Shown here one piece after another: positions 33,846 through 43,961 of a stretch of 64,000 nt of DNA. The notes below the pieces were generated by a model. It had not been told where the DNA came from. It did no database searches and saw only the letters and a list, made by a program, of their open reading frames with translations. Each line of letters starts with the position of its first letter. Position 1 is the stretch's first letter. The DNA lies in assembly GCA_013285505.1 (NCBI GenBank), contig CP053450.1, forward strand, positions 292,796-356,795, given 5' to 3'. A program made the position numbers and the translations under genes. This stretch comes from Planctomycetota bacterium. Lineage in GTDB: Bacteria; Planctomycetota; Phycisphaerae; Phycisphaerales; UBA1924.

Positions 33846-34736
33846 ATGCGCGCGCGTTACACCTTGGCTGCGGCTGCCTGCACGGCTGCGTTGTGTGGAC
33901 CACTTCTGGCACAGCCGGTCGCCCACTGGCGTTTCGACGAGGCGGGCGGCACGACGGCGGAGGACTCGGCCGGTTCGTACGACGGGACGCTGGTCGGGCC
34001 GGTGGTGTTCGTTCCCGGAGGTGTCGTCGGCAACGCGGTTGAGATCCCGGCCGACGGGTACGTCACCATGGGCGATGTGCTCCGCTTCACCGATCAGAGC
34101 TTCAGTCTCTCGTGCTGGATACGGGTTGACCCGGGGTATCCGGTGTACTCCCTCGTGGTGGGCAAGCACACTTCGACCATCGTTGCGGGGTACTTCCTGG
34201 CGTTGAATTCCGGCGCGGGCTACGGCACGCCGAACACCGCCCACTTGTACACGGCCAACCGCCCCGGTGGCGAGGCGATCGGGACCACCACGATCAACGA
34301 CGGGGAGTGGCATCACCTCGTCGGTGTGTACAAGGCGGGCGCCAACACGCGGATCTATGTGGACGGAGCGCCGGTCGAGGACACCGGATCGGCGGACAAC
34401 CTCAGCAGCACCGACGCCCCGTTCGCGGTGGCGGCGATCAAGCTGACCAATGGTTCGATCATCAACACCTTCCAGGGTCTGGTCGATGACCTGCAGGCGT
34501 ATGACTACGTGCTGTGTGACTCGGACGTTGAGTTTCTGTTTCAGAACCCCGGCGCCGAGCACACGCCGCAGTGCCTGGCGGACTTCAACCAGGACGGCTC
34601 GGTCAACACGCTCGACGTGCTGTCGTTCCTGAACGCCTGGGCCGCCGGTGAGCTTCGCGCCGATGTGAACTGCGACCTGACGGTCAACACCCAGGACGTT
34701 CTCGTGTTCCTGAACGCGTGGAACGCGGGGTGTTGA
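33846..34736 (+). CDS. secreted LamG-like lectin-fold protein with dockerin-like tail
   Basis: ATG 33846 after GAGGAGAGAG. MRARYTLAAAACTAALCGPLLAQ is a signal peptide. HWRFDEAGGTTAEDSAG...FSLSCWIRV...WHHLVGVYKAGANTRIYVDGAPV...VDDLQAYDYVL is the LamG_3 pattern. The tail is CLADFNQDG...NAWNAGC-stop. Confidence 0.8.
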   Translation: MRARYTLAAAACTAALCGPLLAQPVAHWRFDEAGGTTAEDSAGSYDGTLVGPVVFVPGGVVGNAVEIPADGYVTMGDVLRFTDQSFSLSCWIRVDPGYPVYSLVVGKHTSTIVAGYFLALNSGAGYGTPNTAHLYTANRPGGEAIGTTTINDGEWHHLVGVYKAGANTRIYVDGAPVEDTGSADNLSSTDAPFAVAAIKLTNGSIINTFQGLVDDLQAYDYVLCDSDVEFLFQNPGAEHTPQCLADFNQDGSVNTLDVLSFLNAWAAGELRADVNCDLTVNTQDVLVFLNAWNAGC

Positions 34737-34740
34737 GGAC

Positions 34741-37245
34741 TCACGGGCCGGCCAGGGTGCGCCAGTGGGCCGCGTCGTCGGGGCGCTCCCACGCCTCGTA
34801 GAGATCGGCGACTGCGCCCGCGATCTGCCTGGTGCGTGGGTCCTCGGGGCCGAACATCGCGTGCATTTGCTCGTGCGCACCGGTCAGCACTGGCTCGGCT
34901 TCGTCGTAGCGTTCGAGGTTGGTGAGTGTGCGTCCGAGCATGGTCTGGACGATTGCGCCGATGAAGTGGTCGGGGTGGAACTTTGCGAAGCGTTCGACGA
35001 GGTCGGTGTACTCGGTTTCGGCGCGGGTGTAGTCGGCACGGTCGTAGTCGGCCTTGGCGAGGTTCATCCGGGTGATGAGGGTGTTGAAGTGGTTCTCGCC
35101 GAGGGCGTCGGTCTGGGCGGTGAGTGTCTCGCGGAGGAGGGCCTCGCCGTCTTCGGGTCGGCCGGCCCGGTTGTAGACGGCTGCGAGGTTGGAGGAGACG
35201 GCCAGCGTGTCGGCGTGCCCGGGTCCGAGCACCTCGGTGTGCAGTCGTCTGGCCTCTTCGAGGAACTCGACGGCCCGGTCGTACTCGCCGAGTTGGAACC
35301 GCAGCACGCCGAGATTCGCCAGTGTCTGGAGTGTCTGCGGGTGGTGGTCGCCGCTGCGCTGCCGGAGGACGGGGAACGCCCGCTCGAGCATCGCGGCCGA
35401 TTCGTCGCGTCGTCCGAGGTCGCTGTAGAGCACGCCGAGGTTGTTCATGGTGGTGGCGGTGTGCTCGTTCTGCTCGCCGAGGACGCGCAGGCGGCGCTCG
35501 AGCGTCTCCTCGAGCACGGGCTCGGCCTCGTCGAGGCGGCCCTGTTTGAGGAGCCCGACGCCGAGGTTGTTGATCGACGCCATGGTCTGTTCGTGGTCGT
35601 CGCCGAGGACGCGTCGTTGGAGGGCGAGCAGTTCGCGGAGTTCCGGCTCGACGGTGTCGAAGTCGGCGCGGTCCATCTCGTTGGCGACGACCTCCATGCG
35701 GCACATGAGGACTTCTTCGTCGTGCGGGTCGAGGCGGCTCTGGTAGAGCTGGAGGGCTCGTTCGAGCTGTTCGGCGGCTTCGTCGCGGCGGCCGAGGTGG
35801 CTGTAGGCCTTGCCGATGGTCTTGCGGAGGTTGGCTTCGACCAGCGGCTTGTCGGCGAAGCGTCCCTCGATGCGCCCCACGCTGCGGTCGATGGCCTCGA
35901 GGAGGGTGAGTTCGCGGTCGGCTTCGACGCGTGGGTCTGCCTGCTCGATGAGGTCTTCGGTGAGGAAGTCGTTGACGGCGGCGACGATTTCTCGCTGCTG
36001 CTCGGAGAGGGCGAGGGCCCGCCACTGGCCGAGTGCGAAGGTGCCTGAGGCGGCGATGCCGCCGGCGAGGGCGAGAAAGGTGGCGCCGATGCCGATGACC
36101 AGGGGCTTGTTGCGTCGGGCGAACTTTCGGAGCTGGTAGGCGGTGGTTGCGGGGCGGGCGACGATGGGCTCGTCGTGCAGGTAGCGGCGGACATCGGCGC
36201 CGAAGTCTGAGGCGGACTGGTAGCGGCGGTCGGGCGCCTTCTCCATGGCCTTGTGGACGATGGTCTCGATGTCACCCCGGTAGGTTTTGTTGATGGTGGT
36301 GAGGGAGGTTGGTTCTTCCTCGGTGATGACCCGGGCGGCGGCGGCGATGAGGTGGCCCTTGAGGTCGTAGGGCAGGCGGTCGGCGAGCAGTTCGAAGAGC
36401 ACGACGCCGAGGGCGTAGACGTCGGAGCGGGTGTCGATCTGGTCGGCGCGGCCGCCGACCTGCTCGGGGCTCATGTAGGCGACGGTGCCGATGAGGCGGC
36501 CGATGTCGGTGTGGAGGGTGGAGGCCTGGATGTCTGCGTCGGTGGCGCGGGCGACGCCGAAGTCGAGGATCTTGGGCTGGCCGTCGGCGTCGACGAGGAT
36601 GTTGGCGGGTTTGAGGTCGCGGTGGATGATGCCGCGTTGGTGGGCGTGGTGGACCGCGTCGCAGACCTGGGCGAACAGCCGCAGCCGGTCGGCGGTGTCG
36701 AGGTTGTGGGTCCGGGCGTGTTCGAGCAGGGGCTCGCCCTCGATGTACTCCATGGCGAAGTACGGCCGTGGGCCGGTGCCGTCGTCGTAGGTGCCGGCGT
36801 CGTAGATCTGGGCGATGCCGGGGTGGCGGAGGCGTCCGAGCACCGCGGCCTCGAGTTCGAATCGGCGGAGCGTCTCTGCGGTGGCGACGCCGGGGCGCAC
36901 GACCTTGACGGCGACCTCGCGGCGCGGGCTTTCCTGTTCGGCGAGGTAGACCGCGCCCATGCCGCCGGCGCCGAGGAGGCGTTTGATGCGGTACTGGTTG
37001 ATCGCTTCGGGTATTGCGGGCTCGCCGGCATCGAGGGCCTGTCTGATCATGTCCGGGGAGACGGCCGGTTCGGCGAGGGGGGCCTCGTCGGTCTCGTGGT
37101 GGGCGAGCAGGCTCTGGACCGCGGCGCGGAGCTGCGCATCTCCGGCGCACCGCTCGGTGAGGAACTCATCGCGTGCTGCGGGCTCGATGCCCCGGGCCTC
37201 CTCGAACAGCTCGGCGGTGCGTTGGAACCGGGATGGGTCTGTCAT
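34741..37245 (-). CDS. Ser/Thr protein kinase with one TM helix and C-terminal TPR repeats
   Basis: Start MTDPSRFQRTAELFEEA at ATG 37245 (the track ORF runs far upstream in shadow sequence). GAGGMGAVYLA..VAVKVV, HRDLKPANILV, DFGVA and SPEQ are kinase subdomains. The TM helix is LVIGIGATFLALAGGIAASGTFAL. It is followed by multiple TPR-like NNLG../LG..DEA repeats. Confidence 0.9.
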   Translation of the reverse strand: MTDPSRFQRTAELFEEARGIEPAARDEFLTERCAGDAQLRAAVQSLLAHHETDEAPLAEPAVSPDMIRQALDAGEPAIPEAINQYRIKRLLGAGGMGAVYLAEQESPRREVAVKVVRPGVATAETLRRFELEAAVLGRLRHPGIAQIYDAGTYDDGTGPRPYFAMEYIEGEPLLEHARTHNLDTADRLRLFAQVCDAVHHAHQRGIIHRDLKPANILVDADGQPKILDFGVARATDADIQASTLHTDIGRLIGTVAYMSPEQVGGRADQIDTRSDVYALGVVLFELLADRLPYDLKGHLIAAAARVITEEEPTSLTTINKTYRGDIETIVHKAMEKAPDRRYQSASDFGADVRRYLHDEPIVARPATTAYQLRKFARRNKPLVIGIGATFLALAGGIAASGTFALGQWRALALSEQQREIVAAVNDFLTEDLIEQADPRVEADRELTLLEAIDRSVGRIEGRFADKPLVEANLRKTIGKAYSHLGRRDEAAEQLERALQLYQSRLDPHDEEVLMCRMEVVANEMDRADFDTVEPELRELLALQRRVLGDDHEQTMASINNLGVGLLKQGRLDEAEPVLEETLERRLRVLGEQNEHTATTMNNLGVLYSDLGRRDESAAMLERAFPVLRQRSGDHHPQTLQTLANLGVLRFQLGEYDRAVEFLEEARRLHTEVLGPGHADTLAVSSNLAAVYNRAGRPEDGEALLRETLTAQTDALGENHFNTLITRMNLAKADYDRADYTRAETEYTDLVERFAKFHPDHFIGAIVQTMLGRTLTNLERYDEAEPVLTGAHEQMHAMFGPEDPRTRQIAGAVADLYEAWERPDDAAHWRTLAGP

Positions 37246-37787
37246 GTGCTGTCCTCGCTGAGCCGCTCGCGCAGCCAGGCGCGGGCGAAGTACCAGTCGG
37301 CCTCGGCCGTTTTGGGCGAGACCCCTACCTCTTCCGCGGCTTCTGCGCAGGTGAGTCCGCCGAAGAATCGGAGTTCGACGACGCGGGCCTTGCGCTGGTC
37401 GATCTCGGCGAGGCACGAGAGGGCGTCGTCGAGGGCGAGGATGTCGATATCGGGCGCGCCTTGGGCTGCGGCCTCGGCCGAGAGCGTGACGCGGACCCAG
37501 TCGCCTCCCCGTTTCTGGGCTTTCTTTGCGCGGGCGTGGTCCACGAGGATCTGCCGCATGGCGTTGGCGGCGACGGCCTGGAAGTGGGTCTGGCTCTTCC
37601 AGTCGTCTTTGCCGGCGAGTTTGAGGTAGGCCTCGTGGACGAGCGCGGTGGGCTGGAGGGTGTGGTCGCGGCGTTCCTGGTGCAGGTATGCGGCGGCGAG
37701 GCCTCGGAGGGCGTCGTAGATGCCGCCGAGTGGTGGCGGGCCGTGCTGCGGGCGATCGGGTGTGGTGTTGGGAGGATCGGGGGTCAT
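37242..37787 (-). CDS. ECF-type RNA polymerase sigma factor (kinase-associated subtype)
   Basis: TALVHEAYLKL is region 2. VVELRFFGGLTCAEAAEEVGVSPKTAEADWYFARAWL is the region 4 HTH. The stop overlaps the kinase start (ATGA). Confidence 0.85.
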   Translation of the reverse strand: MTPDPPNTTPDRPQHGPPPLGGIYDALRGLAAAYLHQERRDHTLQPTALVHEAYLKLAGKDDWKSQTHFQAVAANAMRQILVDHARAKKAQKRGGDWVRVTLSAEAAAQGAPDIDILALDDALSCLAEIDQRKARVVELRFFGGLTCAEAAEEVGVSPKTAEADWYFARAWLRERLSEDST

Positions 37788-37920
37788 GGGATTTTTCTAG
37801 CGAAACCCGTAGGAGCGGGTGGTTCCATTCTCGCGTCTCCTTCCGGAGGATGCAACAGCCGCGTCGGAACCGGGGCCCGGTGTCCCGGAGCGCACGCGGC
37901 TTTGTGACGGAGGCGATGCC

Positions 37921-39513
37921 ATGCGCAGCGTGATGATGATGTTGGTGCTGTTGGGGCTGGGGACGTTTGCCCGAGCGCAATCGACGACCGCGATTACGTA
38001 TCAGGGCGAGTTGCTCGAGGGTGCGTTGCCGGCGGAAGGTGCGTACGGCATGGAGTTCCTGCTCTGGGACGCTGCGGCGGGCGGGACGCAGGTGGGCGTC
38101 ACGATCAGCCGTCCCGGCGTCACGGTCGAGGACGGCAGGTTTACGGTGGAGCTGGACTTTGGAGCCGCGGCGTTCGACAACTCGGGCCGGTGGCTGGAGA
38201 TCGCGGTCGAAGGGATCACGCTGTCGCCCCGCCACGCGGTGACGCGGTCGCCTTATTCGATCCAGACGCGTGGGATCTTTGTGAATGACGCGGGTGGTGT
38301 GGGGATCGGCACGACCGCTCCTGAGGCCCGGGTGCATATCGAGGACGACGAGCCGGCGCTGCGGGTGAAGGCGACGGGCAACCAGCCGAGCTCGGCGGGG
38401 AGGGTCGAGCTGCAGGGCGGGTTTTTCCCGAGTCAGTTTGCGCCGCTGGGCTCGATCGACTTTCTTGATGAGACCGGCGAGCTGCGGGCGTTGATCTCGG
38501 GGAACAAGTCGGGTGGGAGCGCTGCGCAGATCAGTTTCGGCGTGGTGCCCGGTGAGCCGTCGCAGCTGAACATCGCCGACGGGCGCGTTCGCGTGAGCGA
38601 CCGGGTCGAGGTGGTCCGCGGGAACGACCTGGTGACCGGGGCGGAGATCAGCGGCGACGGGTCGGACAGCTTTCTGCAGGCGCTGGGCGGGAACCTGGCG
38701 ATCGGGCACGACTCGCCGACGGTGCCCTTGGATGTGATGGGCAACGCCCGGTTCCGGTCGGATGTGGGGATCGGGACCGGATTCCCGATCGCGCCGCTGG
38801 ATGTCAGGGGGGATGCCTACATCCAGGACCGGGTTGGGATCGGGGTCGCCTCACCGACGGCGGCGCTGGATGTGTGGGGCGACAGCACCTTCCGCAACCG
38901 GCTGCGGGTGGGCACGACGACGACGACGATGTTCGGGCAGCTCAACATCGACGACTCGGGGGCGGGCTCGATCTTTGCGATCAGCGCGCTCTCGAATCAG
39001 AGTCTGTACCCGACGATCTATGCGGACAACGAGGCGAACGGGCCTGTGCTGTGGGCGGTGAGCAGCGGGGATGTCGAGCTTGAGAGCGGCGGGACGATCG
39101 TCGTGGGCGAGACCACAGGGGCCAACCTCGCGATGGACAGCAACGAGATCATGGCGCGCAACAACGGTCAGGCCTCGACGTTGTATCTCAACAACGACGG
39201 CGGCGAGGTCAGCATGGGAGCCAACCGCATCCACCCTGCGCACGCGTACGGGAAGATCTCCGAGAGCGGGGCGATCGTCTCGGCGTCCTCGAATGTGACG
39301 GGGGTCTCTGTGGGGAGTGGGCGGTACTACATTACGATCGCAGGCGGCCTCACAAACGCGGATGTTGTGCTCGCAACGGATGCGGGATATGGCCGTCCAA
39401 CGATTATCAACTCGCATGTCAACGGCAATGGTCAGCTCGAAGTTGGTTGCTGGAATTCGACCGATGGATGGGAAGACCGTGAACCGATCGCCTTTGTGGT
39501 GTACCGGCCGTGA
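37921..39513 (+). CDS. secreted tail-fibre-like protein (conserved N-terminal TYQG module, no S74 chaperone domain)
   Basis: ATG 37921 after GGAGG. MRSVMMMLVLLGLGTFARAQ is a signal peptide. ITYQGELLEGALPAEGAYGMEFLLWDAAAGGTQVG...FTVELDFGAAAFDNSGRWLEIAV is homologous to the N-terminus of 44793..46436. The middle contains VGIGT/IGHDSP/PLDV repeats. Confidence 0.7.
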   Translation: MRSVMMMLVLLGLGTFARAQSTTAITYQGELLEGALPAEGAYGMEFLLWDAAAGGTQVGVTISRPGVTVEDGRFTVELDFGAAAFDNSGRWLEIAVEGITLSPRHAVTRSPYSIQTRGIFVNDAGGVGIGTTAPEARVHIEDDEPALRVKATGNQPSSAGRVELQGGFFPSQFAPLGSIDFLDETGELRALISGNKSGGSAAQISFGVVPGEPSQLNIADGRVRVSDRVEVVRGNDLVTGAEISGDGSDSFLQALGGNLAIGHDSPTVPLDVMGNARFRSDVGIGTGFPIAPLDVRGDAYIQDRVGIGVASPTAALDVWGDSTFRNRLRVGTTTTTMFGQLNIDDSGAGSIFAISALSNQSLYPTIYADNEANGPVLWAVSSGDVELESGGTIVVGETTGANLAMDSNEIMARNNGQASTLYLNNDGGEVSMGANRIHPAHAYGKISESGAIVSASSNVTGVSVGSGRYYITIAGGLTNADVVLATDAGYGRPTIINSHVNGNGQLEVGCWNSTDGWEDREPIAFVVYRP

Positions 39514-39580
39514 CCGCCAGTCTTGACCGCGGGATCGGTGCCGCAGCGGGGGCCTGTGTCCCCACAGGGAGAGTTGTTTG

Positions 39581-39979
39581 ATGAGTACGAACCGGAAGTT
39601 GCTGGTGGCTGGTGTGGTCTTGAGTTTCGCGGGGTGTGCGTGGGGCCAGAGCTTCACGATCCCCTGGCACACGATCGACGGCGGCGGCGGGGCCGCGGCC
39701 GGCGGGGGCTTCACGCTGTCGGGCACGATCGGCCAGCACGACGCCGGCGGGCCGATGACCGGCGGCGGCTATTCGCTGACCGGCGGCTTCTGGGCTGCGC
39801 CGATGGGCGATCCGTGTGTCGGAGATTTCAACGGTGATGGGACCGTGAACACGCTCGATGTGCTGGCGTTCCTGAACGCGTGGACCGCTGCGGAGGGCTC
39901 GGCGGACATCAACGGTGACGGGACGGTGAACACGCTGGATGTGCTGGCGTTCCTGAACGCGTGGACGGCGGGGTGTTGA
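39581..39979 (+). CDS. small secreted Gly-rich protein with dockerin-like tail
   Basis: ATG 39581 after AGGGAGAG. MSTNRKLLVAGVVLSFAGCAWGQ is a signal peptide. FTIPWHTIDGGGG..GGGFTLSGTIGQHDAG..MTGGGYSLTGGFWA, then CVGDFNGDG...NAWTAGC-stop. Confidence 0.75.
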   Translation: MSTNRKLLVAGVVLSFAGCAWGQSFTIPWHTIDGGGGAAAGGGFTLSGTIGQHDAGGPMTGGGYSLTGGFWAAPMGDPCVGDFNGDGTVNTLDVLAFLNAWTAAEGSADINGDGTVNTLDVLAFLNAWTAGC

Positions 39980-39997
39980 TTGCGAAAGCGCGCAGCA

Positions 39998-42900
39998 CTA
40001 CATCGTTGCGCCGTCGGTGGCGAACTGCCATGTCCAGAGGGCGGTATCGAGGTCGAGTGTGTAGAGGAGGAGTCGGGCGCTGTCGTCGCGCGTGCGCGCG
40101 CCGACGGTCATGACGTCTCCGGCCGAGGGCGCCGGCGACGGGGAACCGGACGGTCGCGGAGCCCGCGGCGGCGGTGACGTCGGTGTCGTTCCAGCCGCCG
40201 GAGGTTGGGGTCCATCGGAGCATGATGAGGTGGTCGTCGTCGCCGAGGCCGAAGATGTTGATGCCTCGATCGGTGGAGGTCGAGGTGGTCAGGCCCTGGG
40301 CGTAGGACGCGGTGTTGGTGATGGCGGTGAGGTCGGAGATGGTCCACTTGCCGCCGGGCACCCACCAGTAGGCGACCGAGTGCCCCTGGTCGTCGAGCCC
40401 GATGATGTTCATCGCGCCCCAGGAGGTGACGAAGGCCGAGAGCTGGCCCTCGAGGCTGGGGCCGTCGAAGGTGGTGGTCATGTTGAGCGTGGCCCAACGC
40501 GGCATGCCGGGGACCCACCAGTAGACGACTATCTCGCCGGTGTCGTTGAGTCCGGCGAGGTTGAGTGCGCCCCACGGGGCGACCCAGCTGGCCAGGCCAC
40601 CGGACATGGTGGGCCCGTCGAGGATGGCGGTGAGATCGGAGAACTGCCACTCGTCGAGGCCGGGGGCCCACCAGTAGTTGACGGCGTGGCCGCGGGCGTC
40701 GAGGCCGCCGATGTGGATGGCGTTCCATTTGGGCTGGTAGACGGTGAGGTCGCCGGACATGCCGGGGGCGTCGATCCGGGCGGTGAAGTCGGCGGCGGTC
40801 CACTCGCCGGTGGCGAGGTTGCCGTCGAAGACCCAGAGGTGGTGTTGCTCGTCGGTGATGGCCAGATGGACGATGCCGTCGGGGGTGAGGTAGGGGACCA
40901 TGTCGACAACGCGGCCGCGGAAGTTGGTGAGCGCGGCGATGTCGACGATCTCGACGGTGCCGGTGGTGCTGTCGAGGACGGAGGCGACGGGCTGGGCGTC
41001 GAGGCCGCGGCTGAAGGTGAGGGTCTTGCCCGCGGCTGCGAGGGCGGCGACCTGCTCGACCTGTCCCACGGCCCGGCTGGCGCGGAATCGGACGACCATG
41101 CCCTGGTCGAACGTGGGGATGTTGATATTGAGCGAGCCATCGGTGCTGAAGACGTTGCGGATGACCCGCGTCGGGCCGGTGGTGCCGACCTCGGTGGACC
41201 AGATCTCGATGTCGTAGACCGAGTCGGACTCGAGGCCGGTGATGGCGAGGCGGGCGTCGGGCACGGTGCCGGATTGGGCGTCGCGGTCCTGCAGCACGTA
41301 GACGATGCCCTGGCCCCTGTCGGCGGCGCCGAAGGCGTGGAGCGTGAAGCCGGAGGCAGACGTGATGTTGAGGCGGCCGATGAGCGAATCGGGCGAGTAG
41401 GTGGCGAAGTCGAACCCGACGCTCGAGTTGTCGCGCCAGTGGGCGATGAGTTCCTGGGTGGCCCGCATGTTGTCGGTGAGGAGGAAGCCCTGGGTGAGGG
41501 TCTGGTTGTCCTCGTTGGTGCCGGTGATGAAGTTGAGCAGGTTGGCGCCCATGCGGAAGGCCGTTCCGAACTGGCCGGAGGCGAGGCCGGCCCAGACGAC
41601 GGAGCGGTAGAGCGTCTCGTCCTCGGCGAGGGTGTAGGTGAGTCCGGCCGGGCCGCCGGGGTCGGTCCTGTAGGTCTGGTCGGTGTAGTAGGTCTCGCCG
41701 GTGGGCCAGAGCTCGCGGGCGGGGCCCCATTCTCCGTTGAGGATGGGCTTGCGGTCGTGAGCCCAGTTCAGCCAGGCTGCGGTGGTTCGGGCCTGCTCGA
41801 CCGCGGCCTGGACGGCGCGGTCGCTCGAGGGGTTGTTGATGCCCTCCTCGTTGGCGAGCGTGTAGAAGTGTGGCATAAGGACGTCGAAGTCGCGGCTGTA
41901 GAACATCGACCGCGCGACGCCGCCGCCGCGGTTCTCGCCGATGATCGGGTTGATCACCAGCCGCTGCGGGTCGGCAGCCTTGGTGTGCCGGGCGAGCTCG
42001 CCGATCCAGACGGCGCGGGTCTGCACCTCGACGGCGCGGTCGCTCGTGCCGTCGCCCTCGGGGTTTTCCGTCCAGCGGAATGCGTTCCATTCGTTGATGA
42101 TCTCGTAGCCCATCACGTGGTCGGCGTTGGGGCTCTCCTGGATCCAGCCGATGAGTTCGGTCATCCGGTCTTTGGCGATCTGCAGGGTGGCGGGCTCCTG
42201 GTAGAAGTCGTCGATGGTGGTGAGCGGGCCGCCAAAGTTGGTCGCCCACGGGCCCTCGTTGCCGAAGGCGAGGCGGTAGTACCAGGTGGAGAAGGGGGAG
42301 AGGACGATGTACATGTCCCGTGCGGCCGCTTCGGTGAGGACGTTCTCGATGAACTGCCGCATCTCGGGGTTGTACTGCCCGGCGTTGTGCTCGAGCCAGT
42401 AGGTGCCGCCGGGATCGTCGGGGAGGTTGGGGTTGCCGTCGGCCTGGGTGCCCTGCTGCTCGATGAAGACGCGCATGATGTTGACGCCGCGGGCCTGGAG
42501 TTCGTCGAAGTAGGCTGCGTAGTCGCCCTCGATGGGGACGTTGTCGGCGAAGTTCTGATAGGTCTCGTTGTCGGAGTCCCAGACGTCGCCGGGGAAGAGC
42601 TGGCGGGTGTGCGCCCAGCTGATGCCAAGGTGGTCACCGATGGCCAGGAAGGGGTCGCCGGCCTCGGTCACCATGGTGCGGCCGAGCGGCGAGGGGACCA
42701 GGCGGATCCCGCCGCTGGTGTCCTGCGTGGTGGACTGGGTCGTGAAGGTGGCGGATGTCATCTCGCCGACATTGCCCGCGGCATCGACCGGGCGGATGGC
42801 GACCGAGTAGGTCGTCGAGGGCTGGAGCGCGATGAACCGCAGGCTTTCTTCCATGCCGGCGAGTCGGGGGGTGTAGCGGTTGGTGAAGACTGTCGCGTCG

Positions 42901-43961
42901 AGCCAGTCCTGCGCGGTGGTGATGGGGTCGGCGGAGAAGCGGATCTGGTAGGCGCTGATGTGCCCCAGCCCCGAGGCGGTGGCTGCGGGAGCGGTGAAGG
43001 CGAGGCGGGCGCTGTAGCCGGTGATCTGGGTGACGGCAAGGTCGGTGATGTCCGCGGGGATCGCGCCCGCTCTGGAGTCAACGAACATCGTCTCGGCATA
43101 ACTGACGGGCCCGTGGACGCCGGGCTGCGACTCGCTGTAGCTGCTGTGGGTGCCGACCATGTGGTCGTCGGGGATGGCGTAGGTCTCCCAGCGGTCCGCG
43201 GCGTAGCGCCGGCTGGTCAGGTCGCGCGTGCCGCCGGTGTCGTCGAGGATGATGTCGAAGTTCATGCCCATGGTCGAGGCGTGGGAGGGGGCGTCGATGC
43301 CCAGCCCGCTCCAGGGCATGAAGAGCTCGGTGGTCCAGCCGGTGTCGGTGTCCGAGTCGTCGTTGACGGTGCCGCGGAGTGTGGTGCGGTAGGTGGTGCC
43401 GGCGGGGAGGTAGAAGTCCTCGGGGTCGGCCCCGGTGTCGTCGATGTGGCTCTGGTCGCCGAACCACCCGGCGTTGGGCGCGCCGCCCGCGCCGTCGCCG
43501 GTGATGAACTTGTAGCGGCGGACCGCGCCGGTCGGGTCGCTCTTGGGGTCGGCGAAGTCGGCGATGTTGTAGCCGAAGGCGAAGTCGGAGCTCTGGAGAT
43601 ACTCGTCGCGCGACTTGTCGAGGTCGAAGTAGAAGATGATGGAGTCGTCGGCCTCGATCTGCCAGCGCTCGCCGGCTCCCGCGCCGTTGCCGTCGGCCCA
43701 GAGGTGTTGATCGAGCACGTCGGCGGCGAGGTAGATGCCGTCGTCGTCGTACATGGCGTAGACGGTGGCGACGACGCTCTCGTTGTAGGCCAGCGACCGC
43801 GTGGTCGAGAACGCCCCGGCCCACTGGCCCTCGTCGAGCACGCCGTCGATGACGGCGGTGCCGCGGGGGACGGCCCAGAGCGGGTGGTCGTTGGTGATCG
43901 GGTCGAGCCCGGAGAGGAGTGTCCGGTCTTCGAGTCGCTCAAGAGTCAGTCTGTCGTGCAT
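39998..43961 (-). CDS. giant (about 1320 aa) glycoside hydrolase family 5-like protein with CBM9-like and Fn3 domains and C-terminal WW-rich propeller-like repeats; one apparent frameshift near the 3' end
   Basis: N-terminus MHDRLTLERLEDRTLLSG. DGVLDEGQWAGA...WADGNGAG...DDSIIFYFD is a CBM9/DOMON-like sugar-binding fold. YQIRFSADP..TTYSVAIRPVDAAGN is Fn3. VMGYEIINEWN and KPILNGEWG are candidate GH5 acid/base and nucleophile strands. The C-terminus repeats ..YWW[AV]PG..W...DLTA.. The track ORF (39909..43961) turns Arg-rich after ..ATVRFPVAGA. The adjacent frame reads PSAGDVMTVGARTRDDSARLLLYTLDLDTALWTWQFATDGATM-stop (TAG 40000-39998), with the shift near 40127-40131. Confidence 0.7.

Noticed and set aside
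34541-36275. Arg/Pro-rich ORFs overlapping the kinase gene (34541..36025, 35445..36275, 36272..37150 minus)
   Set aside because: These are off-frame shadows of the Ser/Thr kinase-TPR gene, whose frame carries all the catalytic motifs.
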